From: an uncultured Nitrososphaerota archaeon
GTDB taxonomy: Archaea > Thermoproteota > Nitrososphaeria > Nitrososphaerales > CADDZS01
Assembly: GCA_963799845.1 (NCBI GenBank)
Contig: CAWCYI010000006.1
Location: forward strand, 1,280,001-1,344,000
Reading direction: 5' to 3'
Length of the DNA: 64,000 nt
The notes under the pieces were generated by a model that made no database searches, was not told where the DNA came from, and saw only the letters and a program-made list of their open reading frames with translations. The translations under genes were made by a program, and so were the position numbers. Shown here piece after piece: positions 21,394 through 31,905 of this stretch (its first letter is position 1; every line of letters begins with the position of its first letter).

Positions 21394-23733
21394 TGGCCGC
21401 GAGGATTCTTTCCGGAGTCATTGGAAGATCGTTAACCCAGACGCCCACGGCATCATGAATTGCATTTCGAGTAGCAGCCGCCGTCGGGAGGATTGAAGGC
21501 TCACCTACACTCTTCGCCCCGTATGGCCCGTCTTTGTAGGGAGTCTCTATGATTATTGGCTCGACTATGGGGGCGTCAACTGCCGTCAAAATCTTGTAAT
21601 CGGCGAGATTGGTATTCGAGATTCTTTGGTTTTCTATAACCATTTCCTCGCTCAGAGCTGCACTGAGTCCCATCATCACCGAACCAATTATCTGATTTCT
21701 GACGATCCCGGGGTTGATCGCCTTTCCAGCATCATGGGCAGCAACAATTCGATGCACGCGAACTACGCCAGTTTCAACGTTCACCGACAATTCAACCGCT
21801 TGGGCTACACTCACATAATAAGGAGAGACGCGCCCGCCAATCGCGTGTCCCGTTTCGGGATCCATCTCTGCTTCTTTTTTGAAGACAGATCCGTATCCGA
21901 TTAGTTCGCCACCTTCGGAGACCATACCAAATCTCCCGTAACCAAGCTTGGACCCCCTTGTAAATAGCTCGGAGATTGAGATAGACTCTTTCGGATCTCG
22001 TTTGGAGTAAATTCTTCCAGATTTTACCTCGATACTTTCTGGCGGAATTTTCAAACGCGTTGATGCAGCTTCAGCTATTCTCCTCTTCGCGTCATAACAG
22101 GCGAGCATCAAGGCTTTTCCGATGTTTACGAGCTGTCTGCTGGCAGAAGCGCCTTCGGAAAATCCGCTTGAGGCAGAATCAGATCCGTACACGAGAGGTA
22201 GAAGAATGATATCATTGCTCGATACTCCGAACTCGTTCGCAGCGATTTGAATTAGGCTTGTGTATATTCCCTGTCCATTTTCCACAGCATCTCAGCTGCA
22301 CTTCTATTTTCCCAGTGTCTCTCACACGGACCATAGCCTGATGAGGACCGCCCGCTGCCCACTTGGCGGCAAGTGCAACTCCCTTCCCTTTTCTCCACGG
22401 CCCAGTTTCCCGAACTCTCTTGCTGTACTCAATTGCGCTCGCAACTTCGAGTAGGCATCTCTCGTGGCTGATACTTTCCATTGTTTCTCCAATCGCATTC
22501 CTCTCTCCTTCGTGGATTACGTTGCGCAACCTGAATTCAACGGGATCGATTCCTAAAACAAAGGCATTGTACTCCATTTGGCATTCGATGGCCCAAACCA
22601 TCTGCAAACCCATCGGAGACCTCTTAGGAGTTCCCGGCACAAGATTCGTGTAAACGCGGTAAGAGTCAATACTCAAGTTAGGAATATTGTAAACATCGAT
22701 AGACTGCGAGCAGACCCTTTCTTAACAACCCATTACCTAGAGTCCCAAAAGCGCCTCCGTTGTAGATCGCTCTTATCTCCCGTGCTATTATCTTTCCTTC
22801 ATTCGTTACCCCATCCTTGATTCTAATGATTGAAGGGTGCCTGACACCTGTTGCGTTCATCGATTCTTCTCTCGATAGGTTTAGCTTAACAGGCCGGTGC
22901 GATTTCATAGCAAGCTTAGCGCAGATCGCTGCAATGTGCGACTCTTCTTTGCTTCCGAACCAGCCCCCCAAGAGCTGCACTTTGACTCGCACACGATAAG
23001 GATCTATTCCAAGACACCCCGCGACCTCGATCTGAGTCTTGTGAGCTCCGTGACTGGTGCACCAGATAGTCACTCCACCGTCCGCATCCTCGCTCGCAAG
23101 AAAAGAAAGCGGTTCTAGTTGGAAGTGAGATTCCATCTGAGTAGTGTATCTCTTCTCAATGACTTTGTCGGCTTTCGCGAAGGCCTGTCTGGTGTCACCC
23201 TGTCTAATTTTCAAATACCGACCCACGTTCGGGCGACTGTTATTTACACTCGGATGAGTGATTATCGTTGGAGGATTGTCAGACATCGCTATTTCCGGAT
23301 CAGACATCGAGGGAAGCTCTTCGTACTCGATGTCAATTGCATTGGATGCAGTTTCGGCGAGCTCATTAGTCTCCGCCGCTACAGCTGCGATGGCCTGATT
23401 TGCGTAAAGTGCCTCTTTGAATGCCAGCGGAGGAGTGTCCTCGTTGATTGGCGAGGGAAAGTCGTCCGGAGTTACTATTGCCCTAACACCAGGCAGCTCG
23501 GTCGCTCTAGAGACGTTGATATTTACGATCCTAGCGTGAGGATAGGGACATCTCTTTATTTTGGCAAAAAGCATTTTGTGCATTTTCATGTCGTGAGTGT
23601 ACACAAGCTTCCCTGTTACCTTCATTGCGAGATCGACTCGAGGCGCTGAGATTCCAATAAGTTTCTCTCGATCCTCGACGAGGAGTATGTTTTCTTGAGA
23701 ATGCATTTGATTTTTAGGCAGATTTCCGTCCAA
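21377..23733 (-). CDS. Xanthine dehydrogenase-family Mo large subunit (divergent), split by frameshifts at about 22703 and 22293
   Basis: ORFs 22678..23733, 22212..22676 and 21377..22285 join. Motifs KVTGKLVY, LGGWFGSK, ENGQG, QIIGS and GAKSVGE. Confidence 0.88.
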
Positions 23734-23819
23734 TAAGAACTTTCTTCAGAGCAACGAAAAAATTAGTTCAGATTCACGATTTATTGAATAATCACATTTC
23801 CCGGCTATTCCTTTGGGAT

Positions 23820-23960
23820 AACTGTCAGAGGCTTTTCTCGCATTACGACATAGGTTGTAGTCTTACCGCAACCAAAGGGTCAAAACAAACAAATGACTTC
23901 CTTGCCCACCACAAATGAAACATCATTTACAGCAGCTGACTTTGAACCCTTAACACATCT
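23820..23960 (-). pseudogene. Degenerate N-terminal fragment of an ABC-transporter ATPase
   Basis: The minus strand reads ...AAVNDVSFVVGKEVICLF*PFGCGKTTT..., a Walker A region with an in-frame TGA. No rest of the gene follows. Confidence 0.6.
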
Positions 23961-24140
23961 CTGGTGGGGTGTCTTGCATTAATGACGGGGGTTAAAGACG
24001 AGATTTACTTTTGTCCCTCTTTCAAGATAATCAATTAACTGCTAGACTCTGATTTTGATTTTCTATGATATTACATTTCATGGGGTCCCTTCTCGGCCTA
24101 AATCTTTGGGGATTTTTTCCGATAAATCCAGGCCAATATG

Positions 24141-24263
24141 CTACATTTCGTTCGGCAGACTTCCGAAGCAATCGTAGCAATACACATGATCCTTGATTCT
24201 GACTAAGTTCGAAGTCGTAAGTTGACTTCCACAGATTTCGCAGGTGAAGCTCTCCGAATCCAT
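24141..24263 (-). CDS. 40-aa Cys4 zinc-finger microprotein (below the ORF-track cutoff)
   Basis: ATG..TAG encodes MDSESFTCEICGSQLTTSNLVRIKDHVYCYDCFGSLPNEM, with a CxxC-x17-CxxC pattern. Confidence 0.6.
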   Translation of the reverse strand: MDSESFTCEICGSQLTTSNLVRIKDHVYCYDCFGSLPNEM

Positions 24264-24329
24264 TTCTGTCGAATCTCTTCTCACTTGTTTATGAGGTAGA
24301 TCCTCGAGATTTGTTATCTTGGAGTTTCT

Positions 24330-25802
24330 TCATCTTACGTTAAGATGATTCAAAGGCGATTCAAGAATCGCATTTCTTCCGGCGATCCTCCCGGACGCAA
24401 GAGCTTCCGAGACGTTTCCATCGCTCTGGTAGATAATTCCCCAAATTGATCCTAGCTCACCTGCCGAGTAAAGCCGCTTGATTGGCTCTCCAAATGAGTC
24501 CAAAACTTGCCCCTTGTCGTTCCGTTTCGGGCCTCCCTGAGTGTTCAATAAAGAAGGCCAGAGCTCTATTGCGTAAAAAGGCGGATTATTCAGAGGCATG
24601 AGATCTGGTTTCCTTCTTCCAAATTCCTTGTCGTAGCCTAATTTGCAAGACTCATTGTAGACGTGTAATGTTCGCGACAAAAGTTCGGGGTTCAGACCGA
24701 TCTTATTTCCGAGATCAGCAAAATCGTATCCTTCGATAATCCAGCCCTTTTCCAACTCTTTCTTGTTGTCCACACTCCATTCTCCATAAAGCGACCACTC
24801 AGGGCATAATGTCTTCGATGATAAATTTGTATTGTCAAAAATCAAGTAACATGGAATCCTCGGATAATCTAGTGCTACAGGATCGAAATATGTAACTGAA
24901 AGGCACATGAGATGAGCTTCTATCTCTCCTTCGTTCACGAATCGCTTTCCATACTTATCCACGAAAACGAACGAAGACTTCGATAGTCCTAATGGAAAAG
25001 CATGGTCATATTCTGGTTTCTTAACGGCTGGATATCCCGCGACGCAATTCATGTGCCATAACGCGGCTCCTAGTTTGGCCGCCATCTTTATTCCATCTCC
25101 AGTGTTGGTGCGAGCACCAATCGCATAATATATCCCGCCAGGTAGGTACTCAGCCTTCAAATCTTCTGAATACTCAAACCCACCGCTTGCCAGAATTATT
25201 CCTCGCCTCGCTGCAAATCGAGCGATGGCGCCCTCGTCTTCAGCCTGGACACCGATGACTTCCCCAGAATTATTCGTTAGAAGCTGTGTCGCCCTAACTT
25301 TGAACAAGACTTTGATACCATTTTTTTTGACGTTTTCGTCCAATAGTCTGAAGAGATTTTGGCCACCACGATCGTGTCCCTTTACGCTGTAGATTCTAAT
25401 CGATTTAGCCCCTGGTAGTTTCGGATAACCGGGACCGGGCGGAAACTTCGGGTAACCCGGTGTCCCCGCAAATTCCGCGATTTCGCCCCCCAAGCTTTTG
25501 AGCCAATCGTTGTTCTTCGTGTTTTCAAGAGCAAAAGCTCTGATGAGATCTCTATCATCTTTAGATATGCGAGGCCCTTCCAGTTTTCTTATTGCTTCAA
25601 TGTAGTCGACCGTTGCCTCACAATCGTCTGAGCAAAAATATGCGTATGAAAGCCTAGTATTGCCTCCCGCAGCTTCTGCCTTCTCAAGGACGAGGACTTC
25701 AGCACCCCGACTAGAAGCCTCGATAGCTGCACTTGCCCCAGCTCCGCCATAACCTACAATGATCACATCCGCAATCAAATCCCAGCTTCCATTCTCGCCC
25801 AT
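24330..25802 (-). CDS. FAD-dependent oxidoreductase, fumarate reductase/3-ketosteroid dehydrogenase flavoprotein family
   Basis: DVIIVGYGGAG, LEKAEAAGGNT, ILASGGFE, NTGDG, GKRFVNE, TQGGP and LYSAGE. Confidence 0.88.
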   Translation of the reverse strand: MGENGSWDLIADVIIVGYGGAGASAAIEASSRGAEVLVLEKAEAAGGNTRLSYAYFCSDDCEATVDYIEAIRKLEGPRISKDDRDLIRAFALENTKNNDWLKSLGGEIAEFAGTPGYPKFPPGPGYPKLPGAKSIRIYSVKGHDRGGQNLFRLLDENVKKNGIKVLFKVRATQLLTNNSGEVIGVQAEDEGAIARFAARRGIILASGGFEYSEDLKAEYLPGGIYYAIGARTNTGDGIKMAAKLGAALWHMNCVAGYPAVKKPEYDHAFPLGLSKSSFVFVDKYGKRFVNEGEIEAHLMCLSVTYFDPVALDYPRIPCYLIFDNTNLSSKTLCPEWSLYGEWSVDNKKELEKGWIIEGYDFADLGNKIGLNPELLSRTLHVYNESCKLGYDKEFGRRKPDLMPLNNPPFYAIELWPSLLNTQGGPKRNDKGQVLDSFGEPIKRLYSAGELGSIWGIIYQSDGNVSEALASGRIAGRNAILESPLNHLNVR

Positions 25803-25942
25803 TAGATTACGGATCTTTTCCTCGATAATGCCAAGCTTTTGAAGTTACCGAAAATACGGTGCTAGGTTACGTGATTCTTTTCTTGCTATCCCTAGTAACT
25901 TCAAAGATCTTTAATAATAATTGAAACAGTTTCTCGCAGGCC

Positions 25943-26566
25943 GTGAAAAAACAAGAGATACCAATCGAAGGTCTATACGGGAAGCGTTTTTTTCCTCCGA
26001 CGCCCGTTTGCATAGTTTCCGCGGTGAATGAGAAAGGCTGGGCGAATATCGCACCGGTATCTCAGCTGCTTTATTTGAGCTATCATGGCAGCGGAATCCC
26101 GAAAGCTCTGATTATCGGATTATCTTCGTATCACGACGGGAAGCGAAAGGTCATGAGAATTTACCAGAACATACTTGAGACAAGGCAGTTTGTGGTCAAC
26201 ATTCCTCCCAGCAGTTTGGCAGAAACTATGAACAAACTAACAAAGGCATATCGAGACGGGTTCGATAAGTTCAAGGCCTTTTCGCTCACGTCAATTCCAT
26301 CTCTCAGGGTAAAGCCGCCGTCCGTGAAAGAATGCACAATACATCTCGAATGCGAGATGATTGCTCAGGAGTACTTAGGTTTCCAACATGACATCATCTT
26401 GGGCAATGTTGTCGCAACAAGAGCTGATGAGAACCTTTTGAAATGTAAGGATGAGGACCGAGTAACCCTCATGAATCCGGTGTACTGGTATGGAGTGTCT
26501 CCAGCCTATGGGAAGTATTACACAATCGGATCCGCTGTCGGAAATAGAGTCTTAGATAACGAATGA
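25943..26566 (+). CDS. Flavin reductase-like FMN-binding split-barrel protein
   Basis: PTPVCIVSAV...NIAP, NILETRQFVVNI, SLRVKPPSVKEC..HLEC and HDIILG. Confidence 0.82.
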   Translation: MKKQEIPIEGLYGKRFFPPTPVCIVSAVNEKGWANIAPVSQLLYLSYHGSGIPKALIIGLSSYHDGKRKVMRIYQNILETRQFVVNIPPSSLAETMNKLTKAYRDGFDKFKAFSLTSIPSLRVKPPSVKECTIHLECEMIAQEYLGFQHDIILGNVVATRADENLLKCKDEDRVTLMNPVYWYGVSPAYGKYYTIGSAVGNRVLDNE

Positions 26567-26724
26567 ATAACAGATTTGACTTTCCAAATGTGGAAGATGG
26601 GGCCCAAGAATCATGACAGGCCCTGCGGAATAACTCTTCTTAGGGCATATCGACAGTACTTTTTCCCGTTTTTCCTGGTGAAAGTCATGCACTACAATCG
26701 TACTTGATATCGGGTGCTGATTGG

Positions 26725-28149
26725 ATGGAACACAAGTGGACTGTTGTAGTGATTGCATCAATGGGCACATTGATGGCGGGGATCGACGGAAGAATTATCG
26801 TTATTGGGATTCCCACAATAGCCAATCAGCTGCATGCGGAAGCTGATCAGGTGATTTGGATCAGTCAAGCGTATCTGCTTGCGAGCACTGTCGGCCTCCT
26901 ATTCAGCTGGTCGGCTCTCGGATATCTATGGAAAGGTCAGGCTCTACGTTATTGGATTTCTCTTATTCACAATCGGGTCTGCTATTTGCTCATTGTCCCA
27001 GAATTTTTCAGAGTTAATCATGTTCAGAGTCGCGCAAGGGATCGGAGCAGCCGTTCTCATGACTAATAGTTCGGCGATAGTTACCGATGCAGCTCCGAAA
27101 GGAGAGCTTGGAAAGATGCTGGGCATCAGTCAAACCTCTTGGCGAGTAGGATCGATTGCCGGGTTGACACTTTCGGGAATTATTCTTTCGATAACGAGCT
27201 GGCGAGGACTGTTCTATGTGAACATACCAATTGGAATCATTGGTACCATCTGGTCTTATTACAGACTTCGAGACACGTCAGTCAAAGATTCTTCAAAGAA
27301 GATTGACTGGTCTGGCTTATGTTGCTTCTGCGTCTCCCTTACGACGATACTGCTCTCATTGACATACTTCAGCTGACGGCCCCTCGGGCTACCTCGGAGG
27401 GATTGGTCTACTGTTCGCGGGCATCCTTTTGTTGGGGATCTTTCTGAGGATAGAAACGAGAACTCCTCAGCCGTTAATTGACTTGACATTGTTTAAGAAC
27501 CGAGTATTTGCGACCGGTAACATCGCGCAGCTGCTGAACGCTCTAGTGTGGGGAGCGATTATTCTTCTGATGGCATTTTATCTCCAGATAGGTTTGGGGT
27601 ACGGGAGCTCTAGAGGCAGGTTTGGCGATAGCCCCCCTCGAAATTACTTATGTAGTGGTATCAGTTGTTTGTGGAAGGCTCTCCGACAGATACGGCTCGG
27701 TAATCCTTTCAACAGCCGGTTTGATAACAATAACTTGCGGCCTGCTCATTTTGTCGCTGTTCAATGGAGAAACAAGCTACTTGCAGATAGCAGTAGGCTT
27801 GTCAATTCTCGGAGTAGGAAATGGCATGTTTACCTCGCCAAATTCGAGTGCGATAATGGGATCAGTTCCAGCCGACAGAAGGGGTATTGCGTCCGCTTTC
27901 TGGAATATGATGTTTCAAATAGGATTGACTGCAAGCTATGGACTGGCTGTCCTAATGATTGCATCAGTCGTACCATACAATGCATTCTCGACCCTCCTTC
28001 AGGGTTCTATTGCGAGCTCAGTTGCATCCATTGCAAGAAACGAATTCTTTAATGGCTTCAGACTGGTGACGCTAATATTTGTCGCAATTGATTTGGCTGC
28101 GATAGGGATTGTCTTTGCAGGCTCTCGCGCACGGATTATTCGTTATTGA
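26725..28149 (+). CDS. MFS transporter (DHA2/EmrB-like), split by frameshifts at about 26904, 27375 and 27605
   Basis: Four hydrophobic ORF pieces join into one frame. Motifs GRLSDIYGK, FRVAQGIGAA, FYVNIPIG and GRLSDRYG. All three shifts are at AGCT. Confidence 0.85.
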
Positions 28150-29005
28150 GAATCCTCTCCTCTCCGGAATAGAGATTGAACCTGTCATTACGCAGAAATC
28201 CGACAAGGGTCAAACCATACTCTCTCGCCAAATCTACAGCTAGGCTACTTGGTGCACCGACCGACGCTATCGCGGGGATTCCAGCGAGGACCGCCTTCTG
28301 GACGAGTTCGAAGCTCGCTCTGCCACTCAATAGGAGAATAGTATTCGAGGCAGGAAGTTTGCCAGAGAAAAATGCCGCCCCTACGAGTTTATCAAGCGCG
28401 TTGTGCCGTCCTACATCCTCCCTCAACAAAACCAAATTACCATCTTGATCGAAGAGGGCTGATGCATGGAGTCCGCCAGTACGGGCGAAAACTCCTTGGG
28501 ACTTTCGAACAATATCAGGGAGTTGCCGGAGCATTTTTGTTGAAACAAAAATATCGCCGACAGGCCGTGTCTCGCAAACCGCTTTGACTAGCTCTAGAGA
28601 ACCTTTGCCGCATATTCCGCAACTAGAAGAAGTGTACACGTTCCTGCTAAGTTTCTGGTGGTCGAACAATGTGTCATCTGAAAGGAATACACTGACTATG
28701 TTGAATTGCTGCTCAACTCCTGGGTCTTTGCAATAAGATATCTGAAGAATCTGATTCTTGTCTTTGACAACGCCCTCGGAGAATAGAAAACCTGCTGATA
28801 ATTCGAAATCGTTGCCCGGGGTTCGCATAGTTACCGCGATTGAAAATGAAACCCAACTTCCTCCGCCATCCCGGTCTCTCCGCAGAACCCTTATCTCTAA
28901 AGGTTCTTCAGTCGCCAACTCATCTGTCTTAGATGTTATGTGATTGTTAGAAAACTCTTTCAAGTTAGTGCTGACGGTGCTTGCTGGTCTGGGTGATGTT
29001 TCCAT
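28136..29005 (-). CDS. fdhD: FdhD/FdsC molybdenum-cofactor sulfurtransferase
   Basis: EEPLEI, TMRTPGND, SSSCGICG, TGGLHASA, EDVGRHNALDK, SGRASFE and APSSLA. Confidence 0.95.
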   Translation of the reverse strand: METSPRPASTVSTNLKEFSNNHITSKTDELATEEPLEIRVLRRDRDGGGSWVSFSIAVTMRTPGNDFELSAGFLFSEGVVKDKNQILQISYCKDPGVEQQFNIVSVFLSDDTLFDHQKLSRNVYTSSSCGICGKGSLELVKAVCETRPVGDIFVSTKMLRQLPDIVRKSQGVFARTGGLHASALFDQDGNLVLLREDVGRHNALDKLVGAAFFSGKLPASNTILLLSGRASFELVQKAVLAGIPAIASVGAPSSLAVDLAREYGLTLVGFLRNDRFNLYSGEERILNNE

Positions 29006-29258
29006 TCAGGTTTCAGCTAAACCCTCAGATGTATTTTTGCTTGATATTGATATTCTCCCTCCCCCATTATGCAAGGTTTTTTCAGCAACCCTTTGATAGA
29101 TTGATAAAGATATTATTCCGTGCATTTCTCTTATGAACGCCGGCAAGACTTGATGCATGATCGGTTAGGATTATTGCTCCCCGCTTTCTGAAAATCAGCT
29201 CGATAACGGGAAATCGTGCTAGATATGTTTAATATGAATTGGCTGGACGTGAGAATTT

Positions 29259-30137
29259 ATGGCGAGATTTCGGCCGGACGAATATGTTTCTCCCGCGACT
29301 TCTGAAGAAGCCGTTTCACTGCTAAGGACTCAGGGATCGAAAGCGCGAATCCTGGCCGGCGGTACGACATTTTATGAATTGGCAAAAAGGGGCATGATGC
29401 CTGAAGTCCAGCAGATATTAGATCTAAGCAAATTACACCTTGACTATGCCAAGAAAAATGATGATTCTATTTCAATCGGAGCCATGCTCACTCTGACTGA
29501 TTTGATGAAATCAGAAGTGGTGAACGACCGAGGATACGAAGCGATTGTAGATTTCTTAACGAGATTTGCTCCGATCCAAATAAGAAACCTGGCGACGGCC
29601 GGAGGAGAGATCTGCGCGGGCGTACCATTTTTGGATTTACCCACGATCACGTTAGCGATGGAGGCAAAGTTCAAGATCGTCGGATCGTCAGGATCTCGCG
29701 TCGTGGCGGCAGAGAAATTCTACCTCGACTACTTTCTAGTCGACTTGAAGCGCGGCGAATATCTCGCTGAGATCAACATTCCAAAGCCGAAACCGAAAAC
29801 GGGATCAGCATTTGTTAATATAAAGAGGACAGCGACTGATCTTTCACTTGTTAATGCGGCAGTGAGGCTACAGTTAAGTAACGACGGTAAAATCGAAGAA
29901 GCATCCGTAGGGCTGGGGGGAATGGGTAATATCCCGATAAAGGCAAATGCAATTGAGCGTTCTCTTCGAGATAAGAAACTTGAACAGCTGGATCTAAATC
30001 AGGTTCGAAAATCAATCGACGATCTTAGCCCAACTAGCTCCGTTCACGCATCTCCGTGGTACAAGAAAGAGATTTGCAAAGTTATCGTGAAAGAAGCGGT
30101 CGTCCTTGCTGGCAAGCGTGCAACTATGGTTGGTTAG
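29259..30137 (+). CDS. coxM: FAD-binding medium subunit (CoxM/CutM)
   Basis: LAGGTT and QIRNLATAGG; paralog of 20482..21393. Confidence 0.9.
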   Translation: MARFRPDEYVSPATSEEAVSLLRTQGSKARILAGGTTFYELAKRGMMPEVQQILDLSKLHLDYAKKNDDSISIGAMLTLTDLMKSEVVNDRGYEAIVDFLTRFAPIQIRNLATAGGEICAGVPFLDLPTITLAMEAKFKIVGSSGSRVVAAEKFYLDYFLVDLKRGEYLAEINIPKPKPKTGSAFVNIKRTATDLSLVNAAVRLQLSNDGKIEEASVGLGGMGNIPIKANAIERSLRDKKLEQLDLNQVRKSIDDLSPTSSVHASPWYKKEICKVIVKEAVVLAGKRATMVG

Positions 30138-30142
30138 GAATC

Positions 30143-30627
30143 ATGAATACGAAGACAGTCACTTTTAGAGTTAACGGAATGGAGCAAAAGATCGCAGTGG
30201 GCCCTATGATCTCTTAAACAAAGTTTTGAGAGATTACCTAGGATTGACCGGAACAAAGCGAGGATGTGACTATGGAGGATGCGGATCCTGTACTGTGTTG
30301 CTTGATGGGCGCGCAGTGTACTCTTGCATGGTACCCGCCGGCCGACTAGATGGGAAAACTGTCGAGACAATCGAAGGACTCACTGATACCAACGTTCTTC
30401 ACCCCATCCAAGAATCGTTCATGAAAAATTCGGCGCTTCAATGTGGTTTCAGCACTCCCGGCACGATAATGTCTGCCTTAGGGTTACTAAGAGAGAACCC
30501 TAAGCCAACTGAGGATCAAATCAAACAGGCAATTTCTGGGAATCTCTGTAGATGTACTGGATATGTTTCGATAATCAAAGCAATTTCCGACGCAGCTAAA
30601 TCAATAAAGACCACTTCATCGCGTTAG
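30143..30627 (+). CDS. coxS: 2x[2Fe-2S] small subunit (CoxS/CutS), homopolymer frameshift at about 30203
   Basis: MNTKTVTFRVNG from ATG 30143 joins LRDYLGLTGTKRGCDYGGCGSC. QCGFSTPG has Ser at one expected Cys; GNLCRCTGY. Confidence 0.88.
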
Positions 30628-30654
30628 CGTCATTTTTCACTTTCACCCAAAAAC

Positions 30655-31059
30655 ATGTGGTCCCAATTGGGAAGGCTTATGGTTTTAATGAAACTATTTA
30701 CTAGGTTTTCATCTGGAAACCAGGAAGCCCTTTCAAATCTAGACGAGGAAGACACCACTTATCAGTTCAATTTGAAGGGTGAGAAACCGTTTTACATAGT
30801 CGCCAACACAAAGGGCATGAGACTTCATGAGGGAATCCATCCCGCACCAGATGCGGCTTTCTTTGCCGACAAGGAAATTTTCTACAAGATATTTTCAGGT
30901 CAGTTGTCCCAGGATGAGGCTTTTCTAAACAGAAAGCTCGAAGTCAAGGGAGCCATGATGGCGTCAGCCAAATTTAGGCGAGTATCGAATATGATGCTCG
31001 AATCTCACAAGACATCTCTGAAATTTCTGCGCTTCTTTGTGCGAATAATACCGTTATAG
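30655..31059 (+). CDS. SCP2 sterol-carrier-like domain protein
   Basis: TYQFNL..., PDAAFFAD...IFSGQLSQDEAFLNRKLEVKG matches the SCP2 pattern. Confidence 0.72.
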   Translation: MWSQLGRLMVLMKLFTRFSSGNQEALSNLDEEDTTYQFNLKGEKPFYIVANTKGMRLHEGIHPAPDAAFFADKEIFYKIFSGQLSQDEAFLNRKLEVKGAMMASAKFRRVSNMMLESHKTSLKFLRFFVRIIPL

Positions 31060-31182
31060 TTCGGTTTGATTTGGCATCCATCAATAGTTCATCTTGTGGA
31101 GAGATAGTCGTCAACAACTAACTCGAACGATCCATTATCACGATTACATTAGATGAAACGTACTCGAGTCCCTCATGGACTT

Positions 31183-31410
31183 CTACTCGGGCGGTATCTC
31201 TTTGAAAACTAGGGACACATCTAAGTTGTCACGCTTCATGTGGTAGTACTTCGATCCCAAGTATTCTAGAGCACCAGCTATCCAACCGCCCACAGCGAAA
31301 GAGTAGCTCAACGCGTTCCCACCCCATATTCCTGAATTACCGACGATTTCGTATAAAACGAACCCGAATATAGTTATGTTTAGTAAACCAGCGACCAGTG
31401 ACCACTGACA
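31183..31410 (-). pseudogene. 3' remnant of an archaeal APC-family amino acid permease
   Basis: Startless frame SLVAGLLNITIFGFVLYEIV...KRDNLDVSLVFKEIPPE*. The KEIPPE* end is typical of archaeal APC permeases. An in-frame stop lies upstream at about 31426. Confidence 0.62.
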
Positions 31411-31905
31411 AAATTCAGAACTAATTTAATTCAAGCTTCTAACCGCTGGTCGTGGATATGATTGGAGGCCAAGGCACGGTATTCTGCTTGGCAGAGTTGT
31501 TGGCATTCTTATCGTTGAAAGGATAAATGATCACATTGGTAGCTCGGACTGGATTCACTACCTTCTGGGTGTGAAATTGACAACGCCTGCGGGAGTCTGA
31601 CTGGAGAAAAAAGATACGATCCGATGATGAGCAAAATTCCGAACAGGATTACGTATTCGGATATCTTCAAAGCTGTTAATTTGCTGACAAAACATAGCGG
31701 TTGCTGAGCTTTCACAATTTTCAGCTGAAGTGAAGCAGGCTACTGATTGACTCGAAGATGAAACAAAACAAAAAGTTATTCGGTTTCGAAACCGCGTGTT
31801 ATTCCGAACCGATGAAGGTGTTTCGTATCCTATTCAGCTTGAGCAGCTTGTATCGACTGTTGCTAGCTGACTCCGGGCCAAAATTACAGCGACTTTCTTG
31901 ACTGC

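Noticed and set aside
19527-23733. Aerobic CO dehydrogenase operon
   Set aside because: No large subunit has AYxCSFR (form I) or AYxGAGR (form II).
31781-31794. Perfect 14-bp palindrome CGGTTTCGAAACCG
   Set aside because: Single copy, unrelated to the parS-like motif and not clearly tied to a promoter; could be chance.
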